Notes: generated by a model not told the origin, from the letters alone. A DNA stretch of 64,000 nucleotides from Chloroflexota bacterium (GCA_010092885.1 JAADYX010000080.1:12111-76110); one strand, 5' to 3'; positions 37,417 to 46,419 are shown, counted from the stretch's first letter. Translations and numbers: made by a program.

Positions 37417-39198
37417 ATGTGCTTGGCTGCCGGTCTGCTGTTGAGCGGCTGCGGCATAGTGCCAGAACCAACTAAAGTGGAGCCTACCCCCACAGCCATA
37501 ACGGCCACACCGCGGCCACCGGATACTGCTGTCCTCCCCACGCAGACTGCTGAGCCACCGGATGCCCTTGCGCAGCCCCTACCCGATCCACCTACCCGTG
37601 ACGCCGCAGACATCGCGCGCAGGCTGCTGGGTGTGGAGGTGGATTCGGCACTGCCCGCACAGCAGACTTGGGTCGTGGGCCAGCGTGATACCTTCAATGT
37701 CACGACGGACGGCGGTTTCACCACAGTTGAGGCGGAACTGGTTTACATGTCAGGTTTGGTGCATGCCTGGGTGCAAACCGGAGCACTCTACAATGCCGGC
37801 CAGCTCCGTGCCCAGGTGGACCGTTTCGCGCAGGAGATCGTGCCTTCTGTGACTGACGTGTTCGGCGGTGTGGAGCCTATGCCACTGCACATCCTGCATA
37901 CGCAGCAGCCCACCGCAGGCTACGCCGGATACTACACCAGCCGCAATGAATGGTCACAGGAGGCCGTGCCGACTTCGAATGAGCGGGCCATGTTCGTGAT
38001 GAATCTGGCTTTTGCGCCGCCGGGCACACCGATGTATCTCACCACACTTACCCATGAGCTCCAGCATCTTGTGCATTGGCGTGCTGATCGAAATGAGGAC
38101 ACATGGATCAACGAAGGGCTTAGCGAAACAGCCCGGATTGTGTCGGGGTTGAGCGGCTCGCCCGCTGCGGACAGTTACCTGGCGAACCCGACCATTCAGC
38201 TTACAACGTGGCCTGACTCGGGCACGACCCCCCACTACGGCGGGGGCTATCTGCTGGGCACATATCTGCTGGACCGCTTTGGTGAGGATGGCATCCGAAT
38301 ACTGGTTGCTCATCCGGAAAACGGGATGGCTGGCATTCAGGGCATGCTCGATGTGCTGGGCACCGGCCTGGACGCTGATACGGTGTTCATGGAATGGGCC
38401 GTAGCAACACTCGCTAGTGATCCATCCTTTGTCGAATTCCAGCCCGGGGCCAGCGTAGCCCTCAACCAATACGGACTGCACTACGTAGAGGTCGATGGAC
38501 CGGTGGCTTTCGATGGCTCTGACCAGGTGACCATCGTGCCGGTTGACCTGGACGGCACGGCCTGGTGGTCCAATCGCGGCGACGATATGGATTCCATGTT
38601 GACTTACGCCTTCGATCTGACTGGGGTCGCAGAGGCTACACTCAAATACGATGTGTGGTTCGCTATCGAGGAAGGCTGGGACTATGCCTATGTGCAGATC
38701 TCCACGGACGGTGGCGCGTCATGGGACCTGCTGGAAACACCGTACACGACCCGTGCCAATCCGAACGGACTGGCCTATGGACCGGGCTATTCAGGCTACA
38801 GCACGAACATCAGCCGGGACGGCTGGCTGGCTGAATCGCTCGACCTGACACCCTATGCAGGCGGAGAGGTATTGGTCCGCTTCGAGATGTTGACCGATGA
38901 TGCGGTCAATGAGCCCGGCCTGCTGCTCGACAATCTCAGTGTGCCCGAAATCGACTTTGCGGATGATGTCGAAACTGATACCGGTCTATGGGAGGCAGCA
39001 GGCTTCGCGCGAATTGACAATGTCCTGCCGCAGACGTTCGCCGTGTGGGCCGTACTGCCTGAAGGTGATGTGGTCCCGTTGGCCCTTGATGAAGGCAACC
39101 GCGCTGAGCTAATGCACAGCTCAGCGGCCGTACTGATCATCACCGGGCTGACCCGCGACACGACTCAGCCCGCGACATACACACTCACCCTGCGCTAG
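37417..39198 (+). CDS. Lipoprotein HExxH metalloprotease-like protein (gluzincin-like) with C-terminal beta-sandwich domain
   Basis: The ATG at 37417 gives MCLAAGLLLSGC (lipobox). HELQH followed by WINEGLSE. The C-terminal WDYAYVQISTDGGASW module resembles those on InhA-like proteases. Confidence 0.7.
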   Translation: MCLAAGLLLSGCGIVPEPTKVEPTPTAITATPRPPDTAVLPTQTAEPPDALAQPLPDPPTRDAADIARRLLGVEVDSALPAQQTWVVGQRDTFNVTTDGGFTTVEAELVYMSGLVHAWVQTGALYNAGQLRAQVDRFAQEIVPSVTDVFGGVEPMPLHILHTQQPTAGYAGYYTSRNEWSQEAVPTSNERAMFVMNLAFAPPGTPMYLTTLTHELQHLVHWRADRNEDTWINEGLSETARIVSGLSGSPAADSYLANPTIQLTTWPDSGTTPHYGGGYLLGTYLLDRFGEDGIRILVAHPENGMAGIQGMLDVLGTGLDADTVFMEWAVATLASDPSFVEFQPGASVALNQYGLHYVEVDGPVAFDGSDQVTIVPVDLDGTAWWSNRGDDMDSMLTYAFDLTGVAEATLKYDVWFAIEEGWDYAYVQISTDGGASWDLLETPYTTRANPNGLAYGPGYSGYSTNISRDGWLAESLDLTPYAGGEVLVRFEMLTDDAVNEPGLLLDNLSVPEIDFADDVETDTGLWEAAGFARIDNVLPQTFAVWAVLPEGDVVPLALDEGNRAELMHSSAAVLIITGLTRDTTQPATYTLTLR

Positions 39199-39204
39199 TG
39201 CCCC

Positions 39205-39723
39205 CTATCCCGAACGCGGCGTAGGGGTCGGTACTACATCTGCATCACTGCCAACCGTGATGAGCGCGTAAGGCGTTTCACCGAATTGGTCGCCCTCAGG
39301 GCTGCGGATTTGGAATACGGCTTCCTGCTCGCTGTTGAGAGGCGCTTCACTGTTGAGTGTCATCGGTATGGTGATCGTGGTTTGCTCGCCCGGTCCAACT
39401 TCTGGCAGCGGAGTCTCTGCATCGACGGCCTGTAGAAAGCCCCCTCCTATCTGTATCAGTGTGTAACTGCTGTCCCATGTGCAGGTCCCCGTATTTTCGA
39501 TCACCCAGCTCTTCTCCACCATCTCACCGCCGAGCACCACGGTGCCATCTGCCAACGTGGTGCTCTCGACGACGATGGCTGCGTTGGTACAAGCAGCATC
39601 TTCCCCAGTGGGTTCGACGGGTGGCTGCGTGGGTGGCTGGGTGCTGGCGGGCGTCGTCGTGTCGTCGCATCCAGCAACAGCCAACAGAGTGATGACCAGC
39701 AGGGTGATGATGAGTCGTTTCAT
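39205..39723 (-). CDS. Lipoprotein with NBR1/FW-like Ig-fold domain
   Basis: Lipobox LLAVAGC. KSWVIENTGTCTWDSSYTL is typical of NBR1-like beta-sandwich domains. Confidence 0.65.
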   Translation of the reverse strand: MKRLIITLLVITLLAVAGCDDTTTPASTQPPTQPPVEPTGEDAACTNAAIVVESTTLADGTVVLGGEMVEKSWVIENTGTCTWDSSYTLIQIGGGFLQAVDAETPLPEVGPGEQTTITIPMTLNSEAPLNSEQEAVFQIRSPEGDQFGETPYALITVGSDADVVPTPTPRSG

Positions 39724-39802
39724 GCTGAAGATCCTTTCTCACAAAGAGGAACAGGCGGCGCACCCCGTAGGGCCACGCCGCCTGTAGGGGCTGTTTGGCT
39801 GC

Positions 39803-40027
39803 TCAGGCGACCTGGATCTCGCCCTTCTTGAGGGCTTCAAGTTCTGTCTCAAGCCGCTCGCGTTCCTGCTCGATGGCGGAACGAACGTCGCTTACGACTT
39901 TCTCGGCTCGCTGTGAGATATCATCGCGGAGTTCTTCACCGGATGAGGGAGCGAGCAGAATACCGAGCAGAGCACCGATCAGTGCGCCAATAAGCAGCCC
40001 AGCCAGAAAGTTAAGTACACGCTGCAT
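39803..40027 (-). CDS. YtxH domain-containing small membrane protein
   Basis: MQRVLNFLAGLLIGALIGALLGILLAPSSGEELR followed by a coiled acidic tail. Confidence 0.7.
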   Translation of the reverse strand: MQRVLNFLAGLLIGALIGALLGILLAPSSGEELRDDISQRAEKVVSDVRSAIEQERERLETELEALKKGEIQVA

Positions 40028-40101
40028 GGTGTTACCTCCTGAAACTGGCTTCTCTGTCCCCAAACCGGGGACAGGCTTACACTGACATTATAGCATACCG
40101 C

Positions 40102-40683
40102 TTAGCTGGTTTGGTCCATGATGGACCTATATTCCTGTATAGATAGGTCGCGCCAGGTTCCGGTAGCAAGGTCGTTGAGGCTGATCGGGCCGACTGCTAC
40201 ACGCACGAGACGCAGTGTGGGGTGGCCGACAGCGGCTGTCATCCGGCGCACCTGGCGGTTGCGCCCCTCCGTTAGAGTGAGCGCGATCCAGGCGGTAGGC
40301 ACATTTTTGCGATAGCGGATCGGAACCGGGCGCGGTGGCAAACCGGGATCATCGGGGAGGCGTTCAACCTGGGCCGGGCGCGTTTGCCCACCCTTGATCA
40401 ATACGCCCTGTCGTAGGTTTTCCAGCGCTTCGTCAGAGGGGATATGCTCCAGCTGAGCCCAGTATGTCTTGGGCAGCTTGCTGTGTGGATGGGTGATACG
40501 CTGGTTAAGCACACCGTCATTGGTCAGGATCAGCAGTCCCTCGCTATCCTTATCGAGACGCCCTGCCGGGTAGATGTCCGGGATATCGATGTAATCGGCC
40601 AGGGTCGGGCGATCCGCGGCATCCGTGAACTTGGTCAGGACACCATACGGTTTGTTGAAGACTATTGTGACCATAGGTTGCAT
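40102..40683 (-). CDS. RsuA/RluE-family pseudouridine synthase without S4 domain
   Basis: FNKPYGVLT and the catalytic GRLDKDSEGLLILTND motif. The ATG at 40683 (MQPMVTIVF) is the sensible start. Confidence 0.85.
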   Translation of the reverse strand: MQPMVTIVFNKPYGVLTKFTDAADRPTLADYIDIPDIYPAGRLDKDSEGLLILTNDGVLNQRITHPHSKLPKTYWAQLEHIPSDEALENLRQGVLIKGGQTRPAQVERLPDDPGLPPRPVPIRYRKNVPTAWIALTLTEGRNRQVRRMTAAVGHPTLRLVRVAVGPISLNDLATGTWRDLSIQEYRSIMDQTS

Positions 40684-40725
40684 ATCTCCCCTGTGTAGTA
40701 CGATAATACAGATGCAAACACGCGG

Positions 40726-41505
40726 ATGCAGGATTTGGCCATGCCCCACGACGAACAGGATGAGCGAACCAGCACCGGGAAGCTGAACTCGCAGCAGCGA
40801 CAGGCTTTTACTGTGCCTACTGTTAAAGGCTACGGAATGCGCTTTACACCCCACGATATTGACTTTCAACCGGTGCCCAGCCACTATCATCGCATTGAAG
40901 ATCCGGATACCTGGTTTGTGCTGTTCAAATTCGCTGAACCAGCTCCGCGCGTTACGCTTGGGCTTGTCATCTACGACGATGTGGTGATGGGACGTGGATC
41001 GGATTCGGGCAAGAGCATGCCGGATGTCGATCTGACCAATCTGGATGCCAAACAACTGGGCGTGTCGCGCCGCCATGCGCTGATTCGCCCGACGGGCCGC
41101 AATCTCTTTTTGATCGATCTTGGCTCGACCAACGGTACCTACGTCAACACGATCCCTGTGAGCAAGGGCATGGCACAGGCCATCCGCACAGCCGATACAG
41201 TCTCGCTGGCCGGGCTGATCTTTGAGGTAGAGATCGTCGCTACCCCAGAGGACGACGTGACCGCCGCCGATCTTCGCAGTGTTGACTATGCCTCCGAAGA
41301 TGACCCGCTGCATCCCCTTACGGCAATGATCGCAGGCTTCTCCGACGTGCCCGCCGAATCCCCAGGCGAGAGCACACTTATCATGGATCGCGAAGATGAT
41401 GACACGCTGCCACCGGCCAACCGCAGCGAGCAGTCTCGGCTTTCCAGACTCCGTGCGTCCATGCGTAAAGAGGACTCGGACGAAAACGAAAACCGCCCGT
41501 CTTAG
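40726..41505 (+). CDS. FHA domain-containing protein with acidic C-terminal tail
   Basis: VMGRGSD...GVSRRHALI...LIDLGSTNGTYVN is a canonical FHA core. Confidence 0.8.
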   Translation: MQDLAMPHDEQDERTSTGKLNSQQRQAFTVPTVKGYGMRFTPHDIDFQPVPSHYHRIEDPDTWFVLFKFAEPAPRVTLGLVIYDDVVMGRGSDSGKSMPDVDLTNLDAKQLGVSRRHALIRPTGRNLFLIDLGSTNGTYVNTIPVSKGMAQAIRTADTVSLAGLIFEVEIVATPEDDVTAADLRSVDYASEDDPLHPLTAMIAGFSDVPAESPGESTLIMDREDDDTLPPANRSEQSRLSRLRASMRKEDSDENENRPS

Positions 41506-41523
41506 TCTCTAAGAGGGCGGTTT
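41490..41523. terminator. Bidirectional terminator hairpin shared by the FHA gene and rplT
   Basis: Stem AAACCGCCC / GGGCGGTTT plus inner TCTT/AAGA pairing. T-runs follow on both strands (TTTATT on plus, TTTTCGTTTTCG on minus). Confidence 0.7.
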
Positions 41524-41544
41524 ATTGGTCTGAGTGTGCGACTG

Positions 41545-41898
41545 CTATGCGGCAGCTTTGGCCTCTTCAACAATCGCGCTGAATGTCTCCGGATCATACA
41601 CAGCAATATGGGCCAGCACTTTGCGGTCAAGCTCGATGTTGGCTTGCTTGAGTGCATGAATGAACCGGCTGTAGCTCATGCCGTTCTGGCGAGCCGCGGC
41701 ATTGATGCGTGTGATCCACAGACGGCGCAGGTCACGGCGGCGGGCACGGCGGTCACGGTACGCATACCACAGTGACTTCATCATCGCCTCGTTGGAGCGA
41801 CGGAACAGCCGGCCACGCGTACCGTACTGGCCTTTTACCGACTTGATAACCTTCTTGTGGCGCCGCCGGGTGACGGTCCCCCCTTTTACTCTCGTCAT
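41545..41898 (-). CDS. rplT: 50S ribosomal protein L20
   Basis: [19 protein letters not shown]...GYRGRR-type sequence over its full length. Confidence 0.97.
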   Translation of the reverse strand: MTRVKGGTVTRRRHKKVIKSVKGQYGTRGRLFRRSNEAMMKSLWYAYRDRRARRRDLRRLWITRINAAARQNGMSYSRFIHALKQANIELDRKVLAHIAVYDPETFSAIVEEAKAAA

Positions 41899-41929
41899 GA
41901 TAGATCCTTGTTGTTGTGTCTAGGCGTGT

Positions 41930-42193
41930 TTAGCGCTTGCCCTTACCCCGGCTGCCCGGTGTGGAAGCCTTGGTGCTGTACTTGCTCAGGTAGGGGGCCA
42001 GCTTTTTGATCCGGCGTTTGGCGGCAGGATTGGTAACCTCCTGCATGCGATCAAAACTGCGGCGTGCGCGCTTGGCCTTGTTGCGGCGTAGGTGGCTCTT
42101 GGGCCCTTTCGTACGCATGATCTTACCGGAGCCGGTCACCTTGAAGCGCTTGGCCGTCGATTTATGTGTCTTCAGCTTGTACTTCTTACCCAT
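41930..42193 (-). CDS. rpmI: 50S ribosomal protein L35 (with basic C-terminal extension)
   Basis: KTHKSTAKRFKVTGSGK core. The usual C-terminus (KKLAPYL) is followed by about 18 extra Lys/Arg/Ser-rich residues. Confidence 0.93.
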   Translation of the reverse strand: MGKKYKLKTHKSTAKRFKVTGSGKIMRTKGPKSHLRRNKAKRARRSFDRMQEVTNPAAKRRIKKLAPYLSKYSTKASTPGSRGKGKR

Positions 42194-42289
42194 CGTAAGT
42201 CTCCTCGTTCACGGCAGGAAAAGGCCGGATGCCATTGCATCCGACACAGACCGCCATCTTATTTTAGCTGGTAGAAGACGTGCGGACTT

Positions 42290-42802
42290 CTACTCCTTAG
42301 CGGGGGCGAGCACCATGAGCATCGTGCGCCCTTCCATACTGGGATGCTGCTCCACCTCGCCTACGTCAGAGAGCTGTTCGGCGACGAAGTCAAGCTTCTC
42401 CCGGGCGATCTCCGGATAGGTGATCTCACGACCCCGGAAGCGGACCCGCACTTTCACCTTCATTCCGGACTCCAGCCACTTGCGCGCATTCTTGATGTAG
42501 ATGTTCAGGTGGTGGTCATCAGTTTTCGGACGCAGGCGGATTTCTTTTGTTTCCTGGGTCTTCTGCTGCTTCTTGGCGGCCTTTTCTTTCTTGGCCTGGT
42601 CATATTGGAACTTGCCATAGTCCATAATCTTGACCACTGGGGGGTTGGCGCTGGGCGCAACCTCAACCAGGTCAAGGCCAGCCTCATCAGCGAGCCGCTG
42701 TGCTTCGCGAATATCGACTACTCCGGCATTTCCGTCTGTGGTGATTAATCGGACTTTATTCGCACGGATGTCGCGATTGACCCTGTACTGCGTCTTACTT
42801 AT
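42290..42802 (-). CDS. infC: Translation initiation factor IF-3, non-canonical AUA start
   Basis: The conserved N-domain INRDIRANKVRLITTDGNAGVVDIREAQRLADEAGLDLVEV lies upstream of the ORF-track start. An in-frame TGA sits at 42848-42850, and no ATG/GTG/TTG lies between it and the N-domain. The ATA at 42802 is 6 nt downstream of AGGAGG (42809-42814). Confidence 0.9.
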   Translation of the reverse strand: MSKTQYRVNRDIRANKVRLITTDGNAGVVDIREAQRLADEAGLDLVEVAPSANPPVVKIMDYGKFQYDQAKKEKAAKKQQKTQETKEIRLRPKTDDHHLNIYIKNARKWLESGMKVKVRVRFRGREITYPEIAREKLDFVAEQLSDVGEVEQHPSMEGRTMLMVLAPAKE

Positions 42803-42903
42803 TTTGACCCTCCTAAATTGGATAGCTAAATACGCGCGTGACAGAACTCACGCCTGATAGAAGAATACCATACGGGCCGTGGCTGAGTCAACTTTGTGCA
42901 GTA

Positions 42904-42932
42904 TTGAACACAGCACACAGATGGTGTATAAT
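42904..42932 (+). promoter_or_regulatory. Sigma-70-like promoter for the fur-family/ATPase operon (TTGAAC-17 nt-TATAAT)
   Basis: -35 at 42904-42909 and a consensus -10 at 42927-42932, about 50 nt upstream of the ATG at 42982. Confidence 0.55.
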
Positions 42933-42981
42933 GAGAGTAAGATTGGAATGGTTCTAAAAAGAGAAAGACTATAAACAAAGT

Positions 42982-43434
42982 ATGAATGATCTCCTGTGCA
43001 GCAATCCCCTTATCAAAGGCATGCAAGATGCTGGAGTCCGGCTGACGGCGCAGCGCATCGCAATAGCCCAATGGCTGCACCACAGTGGCCAACACCCGAC
43101 ATCACGCGAGGTGCATGCCGCCATGCTTGAATATCACCCGACCATGAGCCTCGCGACGGTCTACAACACGCTTAGCCTGCTCGTGGAGCTCGACCTGATC
43201 CATGAAGTGGGCAGCATTGAAGATGGCAGCATGCGCTATGAGCCGAACAACTCACCGCATATCAATCTGGTATGTAAGGGATGCGGCACTATTCTGGATG
43301 ATTTTGCGTTCGACATGAGCGCCGTAAAAGCGTCAGCGGCGGCTCATAACTTCGCTGTACACGACGCCAGCATTACGGTACACGGTCTGTGTGAGGCGTG
43401 TGCCACCCAGCAAGGAGATATATCGCATGAGTGA
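42982..43434 (+). CDS. Fur family transcriptional regulator (Fur/Zur/PerR subtype not resolvable)
   Basis: RLTAQRIAIAQWL...SLATVYNTL wHTH. Structural-zinc CKGC and CEAC pairs. Confidence 0.9.
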   Translation: MNDLLCSNPLIKGMQDAGVRLTAQRIAIAQWLHHSGQHPTSREVHAAMLEYHPTMSLATVYNTLSLLVELDLIHEVGSIEDGSMRYEPNNSPHINLVCKGCGTILDDFAFDMSAVKASAAAHNFAVHDASITVHGLCEACATQQGDISHE

Positions 43435-45679
43435 TGTAAGCTGCGCGGATGAACTCGCTGACACGCTCAAAGAAGAACCGGCGGTAGTTGCCGCACATTA
43501 TGACGCAGCTGCCGCCACGCTTGATATTGACTACGATGCCAACCACCTGCCAGCTGAACGGGCACAGAAGTTGGCCCGTGCAGTATGGCAGCGGATGCGT
43601 GCCCGCCAGACTGATAGCTGCGGCAACCAACCCAACTGCGAGGAGTGCACTGTCTCTCTGCAGGTGGCAGCAGCCACACCAAGCGGATATACGATCGCCC
43701 AGCAAGGTCCCCGTCCCGGTCACATTGAACATGTGACCGTTGGTGAGACACACCTGCCTGCTTGGGTGGTGACAATCCGGGACTGGCTGTCCACCGAGCA
43801 CATCGAAGCCATTCTCGTTGGTGTGACCTTCATCACGATGATAGGTGGGCTGCTCAGCGAGAATCTGCTGGAAGCCCCCACACTCACCATGGTGTTGTTC
43901 GCGCTGAGCTACGCAGCAGGCGGATACTTCGGTCTGCGCGCCGGCCTCGAAACGCTGATGGAACTCAAACTGGATGTTGTCCTGTTGATGGTTCTGGCGG
44001 CTGTCGGCGCGTGGATCGTGGGTGCTCCCTTCGAAGGGGCGCTGCTGTTGTTCCTCTTTTCGCTCTCGAATGTGCTTCAGAACTATGCGCTTGACCGCAC
44101 ACGCACGGCCATACAGTCACTTGTCAAGCTGCGGCCCACTGAGGCCCTTGTGGAGCGTGATGGCGAAACCCGAACGATGCACATCGAGGATGTACGTGTG
44201 GGCGATGTGATCATCGTGCGGCCTGGCGACCGCATCCCGATGGACGGCACTGTTATCGAGGGTGAAACGACGGTGGACCAATCAGCTATCACCGGCGAGT
44301 CGGTGCCTGTGTCCAAAACCGTCGATCAGGAAGTGCTTGCCGGTACGATCAATAAGGATGGCGGCATCAAGGTGCGGGTTGACCGCCGCGCTGCCGACTC
44401 GACTCTATCTCGCGTTATCAAGCTGGTGGAAGAAGCACGCACGGAAAAAGCCGAGACGCAGAGCTTCCTGGATACGTTTGAAGAATACTATGCGTGGTTT
44501 GTGATCGCGCTGACAGTTGCCGTGATCGCGGTGCCGGTCTACTTCTTCGGTGAGGGCTTTGATGCGGCCTTCTACCGCGGCATGACAGTATTGGTTGCGG
44601 CTTCACCATGTGCCTTGATAATCAGTACACCGGCTGTCATCCTCTCTGCAATCGGCAACGGGGCACGGCGGGGCATCCTGTTTAAGGGTGGCATTTATGT
44701 TGAGAAGGCTGCTGGGATTAAAGTGGTAGCCATCGACAAGACGGGCACCCTGACCTATGGCAAAGTCCACGTGACGGATATCGTCCCGGTCGATGGGGTC
44801 AAGCGCGAGGACATGCTTGTCGCTGCCGCTGCGGTAGAAAGCCGTTCTGAGCACCCATTGGCACAGGCCATCGTGCAGGCCGCCAAACAGGCTGGCATGC
44901 AAATCCCTGAAGCGACCGGGTTTCAATCAGAGGCGGGGCGTGGCGTCCGTGCCACAGTGGGCGACCGGCAGGTGCACATCGGCAGCCCGCGCTACTTTGC
45001 TCAGTTCGCCGAGCATCCGCTCAATGAAACGCTGCATGCACTGCAGTCCGAGGGCAAGACAGTTGTCATGGTGGCAGAAACCCGTGACGGCGTCACGCTG
45101 GAATTGATGGGTTTGATCGCGCTGGCAGACCAACTACGTGATGATGTGGCCAACATCCTCGATGCGATCCGGGCGCAGGGCGTTGAGCAGATCGTCATGC
45201 TGACCGGCGACAATGAACGTGTAGCCCATGCCATCGCTGAACAGGCGGGTGTGGATGCCTACTTCGCCGATCTGCTGCCTGAGGACAAGGTCACCCGCCT
45301 GAAGGCATTGCGAGAGCAGTATGGCACTGTTGCCATGGTCGGGGATGGTGTGAACGACGCACCCGCCCTCGCTGCCGCTGATCTGGGCATTGCCATGGGC
45401 GCAGCCGGTACGGACGTTGCACTGGAAACCGCCGATGTGGTGCTCATGGCCGATGACCTGAACAAGGTGCCCTACGTCGCCGCGCTGAGCCGCCGCACAC
45501 GCCGCAAGCTCGTGGTGAATCTCGGCTTTGCACTGACGATGATCGCATTGATGATCGGGGCGATCTTCTTCTTCGAGCTGCCACTGCCCCTGGCCGTCAT
45601 TGGGCACGAAGGCGGTACGGTGCTTGTCAGCCTGAACGGTCTGACGCTGCTGGCTTTCAACTACCAACGCAGCAGCTAA
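43427..45679 (+). CDS. Heavy-metal P1B-type ATPase, P1B-4-like (SPC / HEGGT signature)
   Basis: TGES, SPC in the transmembrane helix (VAASPCALIIS), DKTGTLT, GDGVNDAPAL and HEGGT in the last TM region. The ATG at 43427 overlaps the fur-family stop by 8 nt. No GMxCxxC HMA domain. Confidence 0.93.
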   Translation: MSDVSCADELADTLKEEPAVVAAHYDAAAATLDIDYDANHLPAERAQKLARAVWQRMRARQTDSCGNQPNCEECTVSLQVAAATPSGYTIAQQGPRPGHIEHVTVGETHLPAWVVTIRDWLSTEHIEAILVGVTFITMIGGLLSENLLEAPTLTMVLFALSYAAGGYFGLRAGLETLMELKLDVVLLMVLAAVGAWIVGAPFEGALLLFLFSLSNVLQNYALDRTRTAIQSLVKLRPTEALVERDGETRTMHIEDVRVGDVIIVRPGDRIPMDGTVIEGETTVDQSAITGESVPVSKTVDQEVLAGTINKDGGIKVRVDRRAADSTLSRVIKLVEEARTEKAETQSFLDTFEEYYAWFVIALTVAVIAVPVYFFGEGFDAAFYRGMTVLVAASPCALIISTPAVILSAIGNGARRGILFKGGIYVEKAAGIKVVAIDKTGTLTYGKVHVTDIVPVDGVKREDMLVAAAAVESRSEHPLAQAIVQAAKQAGMQIPEATGFQSEAGRGVRATVGDRQVHIGSPRYFAQFAEHPLNETLHALQSEGKTVVMVAETRDGVTLELMGLIALADQLRDDVANILDAIRAQGVEQIVMLTGDNERVAHAIAEQAGVDAYFADLLPEDKVTRLKALREQYGTVAMVGDGVNDAPALAAADLGIAMGAAGTDVALETADVVLMADDLNKVPYVAALSRRTRRKLVVNLGFALTMIALMIGAIFFFELPLPLAVIGHEGGTVLVSLNGLTLLAFNYQRSS

Positions 45680-46419
45680 CGTCTGTTACTCTCCGGGTGG
45701 GACCGGCTCATCTTGCGGCGGGTCTCCCCCGGGTTGTTACTGAGCACCGCATCTACCCCGAGGCGTTGGTACAATCCTAAACGTGTATCCGGCTTGGGAT
45801 CAAGTGGCGCGATAAGCTGCCCGCGCTGGTGAGCCATCCACACATAAAACGGATTGACAAGAAGCAGCGGCCAAAAGACGCCCATCATGTGTACCGCCGG
45901 ATGGGGTGTAAGCCGCCGCATCGTGATCAGCCCGGTTGGCAGTTCCGGCACAGCACGCCGGACCGCGAGCAGCCGGTCAACAGCAAAGGAGAGCACAACC
46001 GTCCGTGTGAGGGTTTCTCCCAATAGGGTGGCAAGCGCCCGACACACACCTTCCTCGCGAAATACATCTGACTTCAGTTCCAATGCCAACGCTCGATCGT
46101 GCGGCAGCATGTCGAGGAGTTCCTCCAACCGTGGAATGTGTTCGCCACGGTACTCAGGTTGTCCGCAGTCCGCCGAGAGCACACGTAGATCCGCGTAGGC
46201 CATCGCTGCGACGGTCCCACTGCCGTTTGTCGTGCGGTCGACTGTGGCGTCATGAATGCAGACAAACACACCATCAGCCGTAAGGTGGAGGTCAGTTTCA
46301 AGGATGTCTGCCCCGTCGGCTACCGCCTGCCGGAATGATGCAAGCGTGTTCTCCGGACGGATCGCCATGCTGCCCCGGTGGGCCATCACATAGGGCTTTT
46401 CGCGCCCCAACAGTTGCAT
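45676..46419 (-). CDS. Glycerophosphodiester phosphodiesterase family protein
   Basis: VMAHRGS...PENTLASF...ETDLHLT motifs. I prefer the ATG at 46419, because 46443 would overlap the divergent MFS start. Confidence 0.85.
   Translation of the reverse strand: MQLLGREKPYVMAHRGSMAIRPENTLASFRQAVADGADILETDLHLTADGVFVCIHDATVDRTTNGSGTVAAMAYADLRVLSADCGQPEYRGEHIPRLEELLDMLPHDRALALELKSDVFREEGVCRALATLLGETLTRTVVLSFAVDRLLAVRRAVPELPTGLITMRRLTPHPAVHMMGVFWPLLLVNPFYVWMAHQRGQLIAPLDPKPDTRLGLYQRLGVDAVLSNNPGETRRKMSRSHPESNRR

Noticed and set aside
40684-41313. 5' two-thirds of the 403-aa ORF 40102-41313 (minus strand)
   Set aside because: Only the last 193 codons resemble a pseudouridine synthase. The upstream part is Arg/His/Gly-rich, overlaps the well-supported FHA gene on the opposite strand and has no motif. 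I moved the start to ATG 40683.
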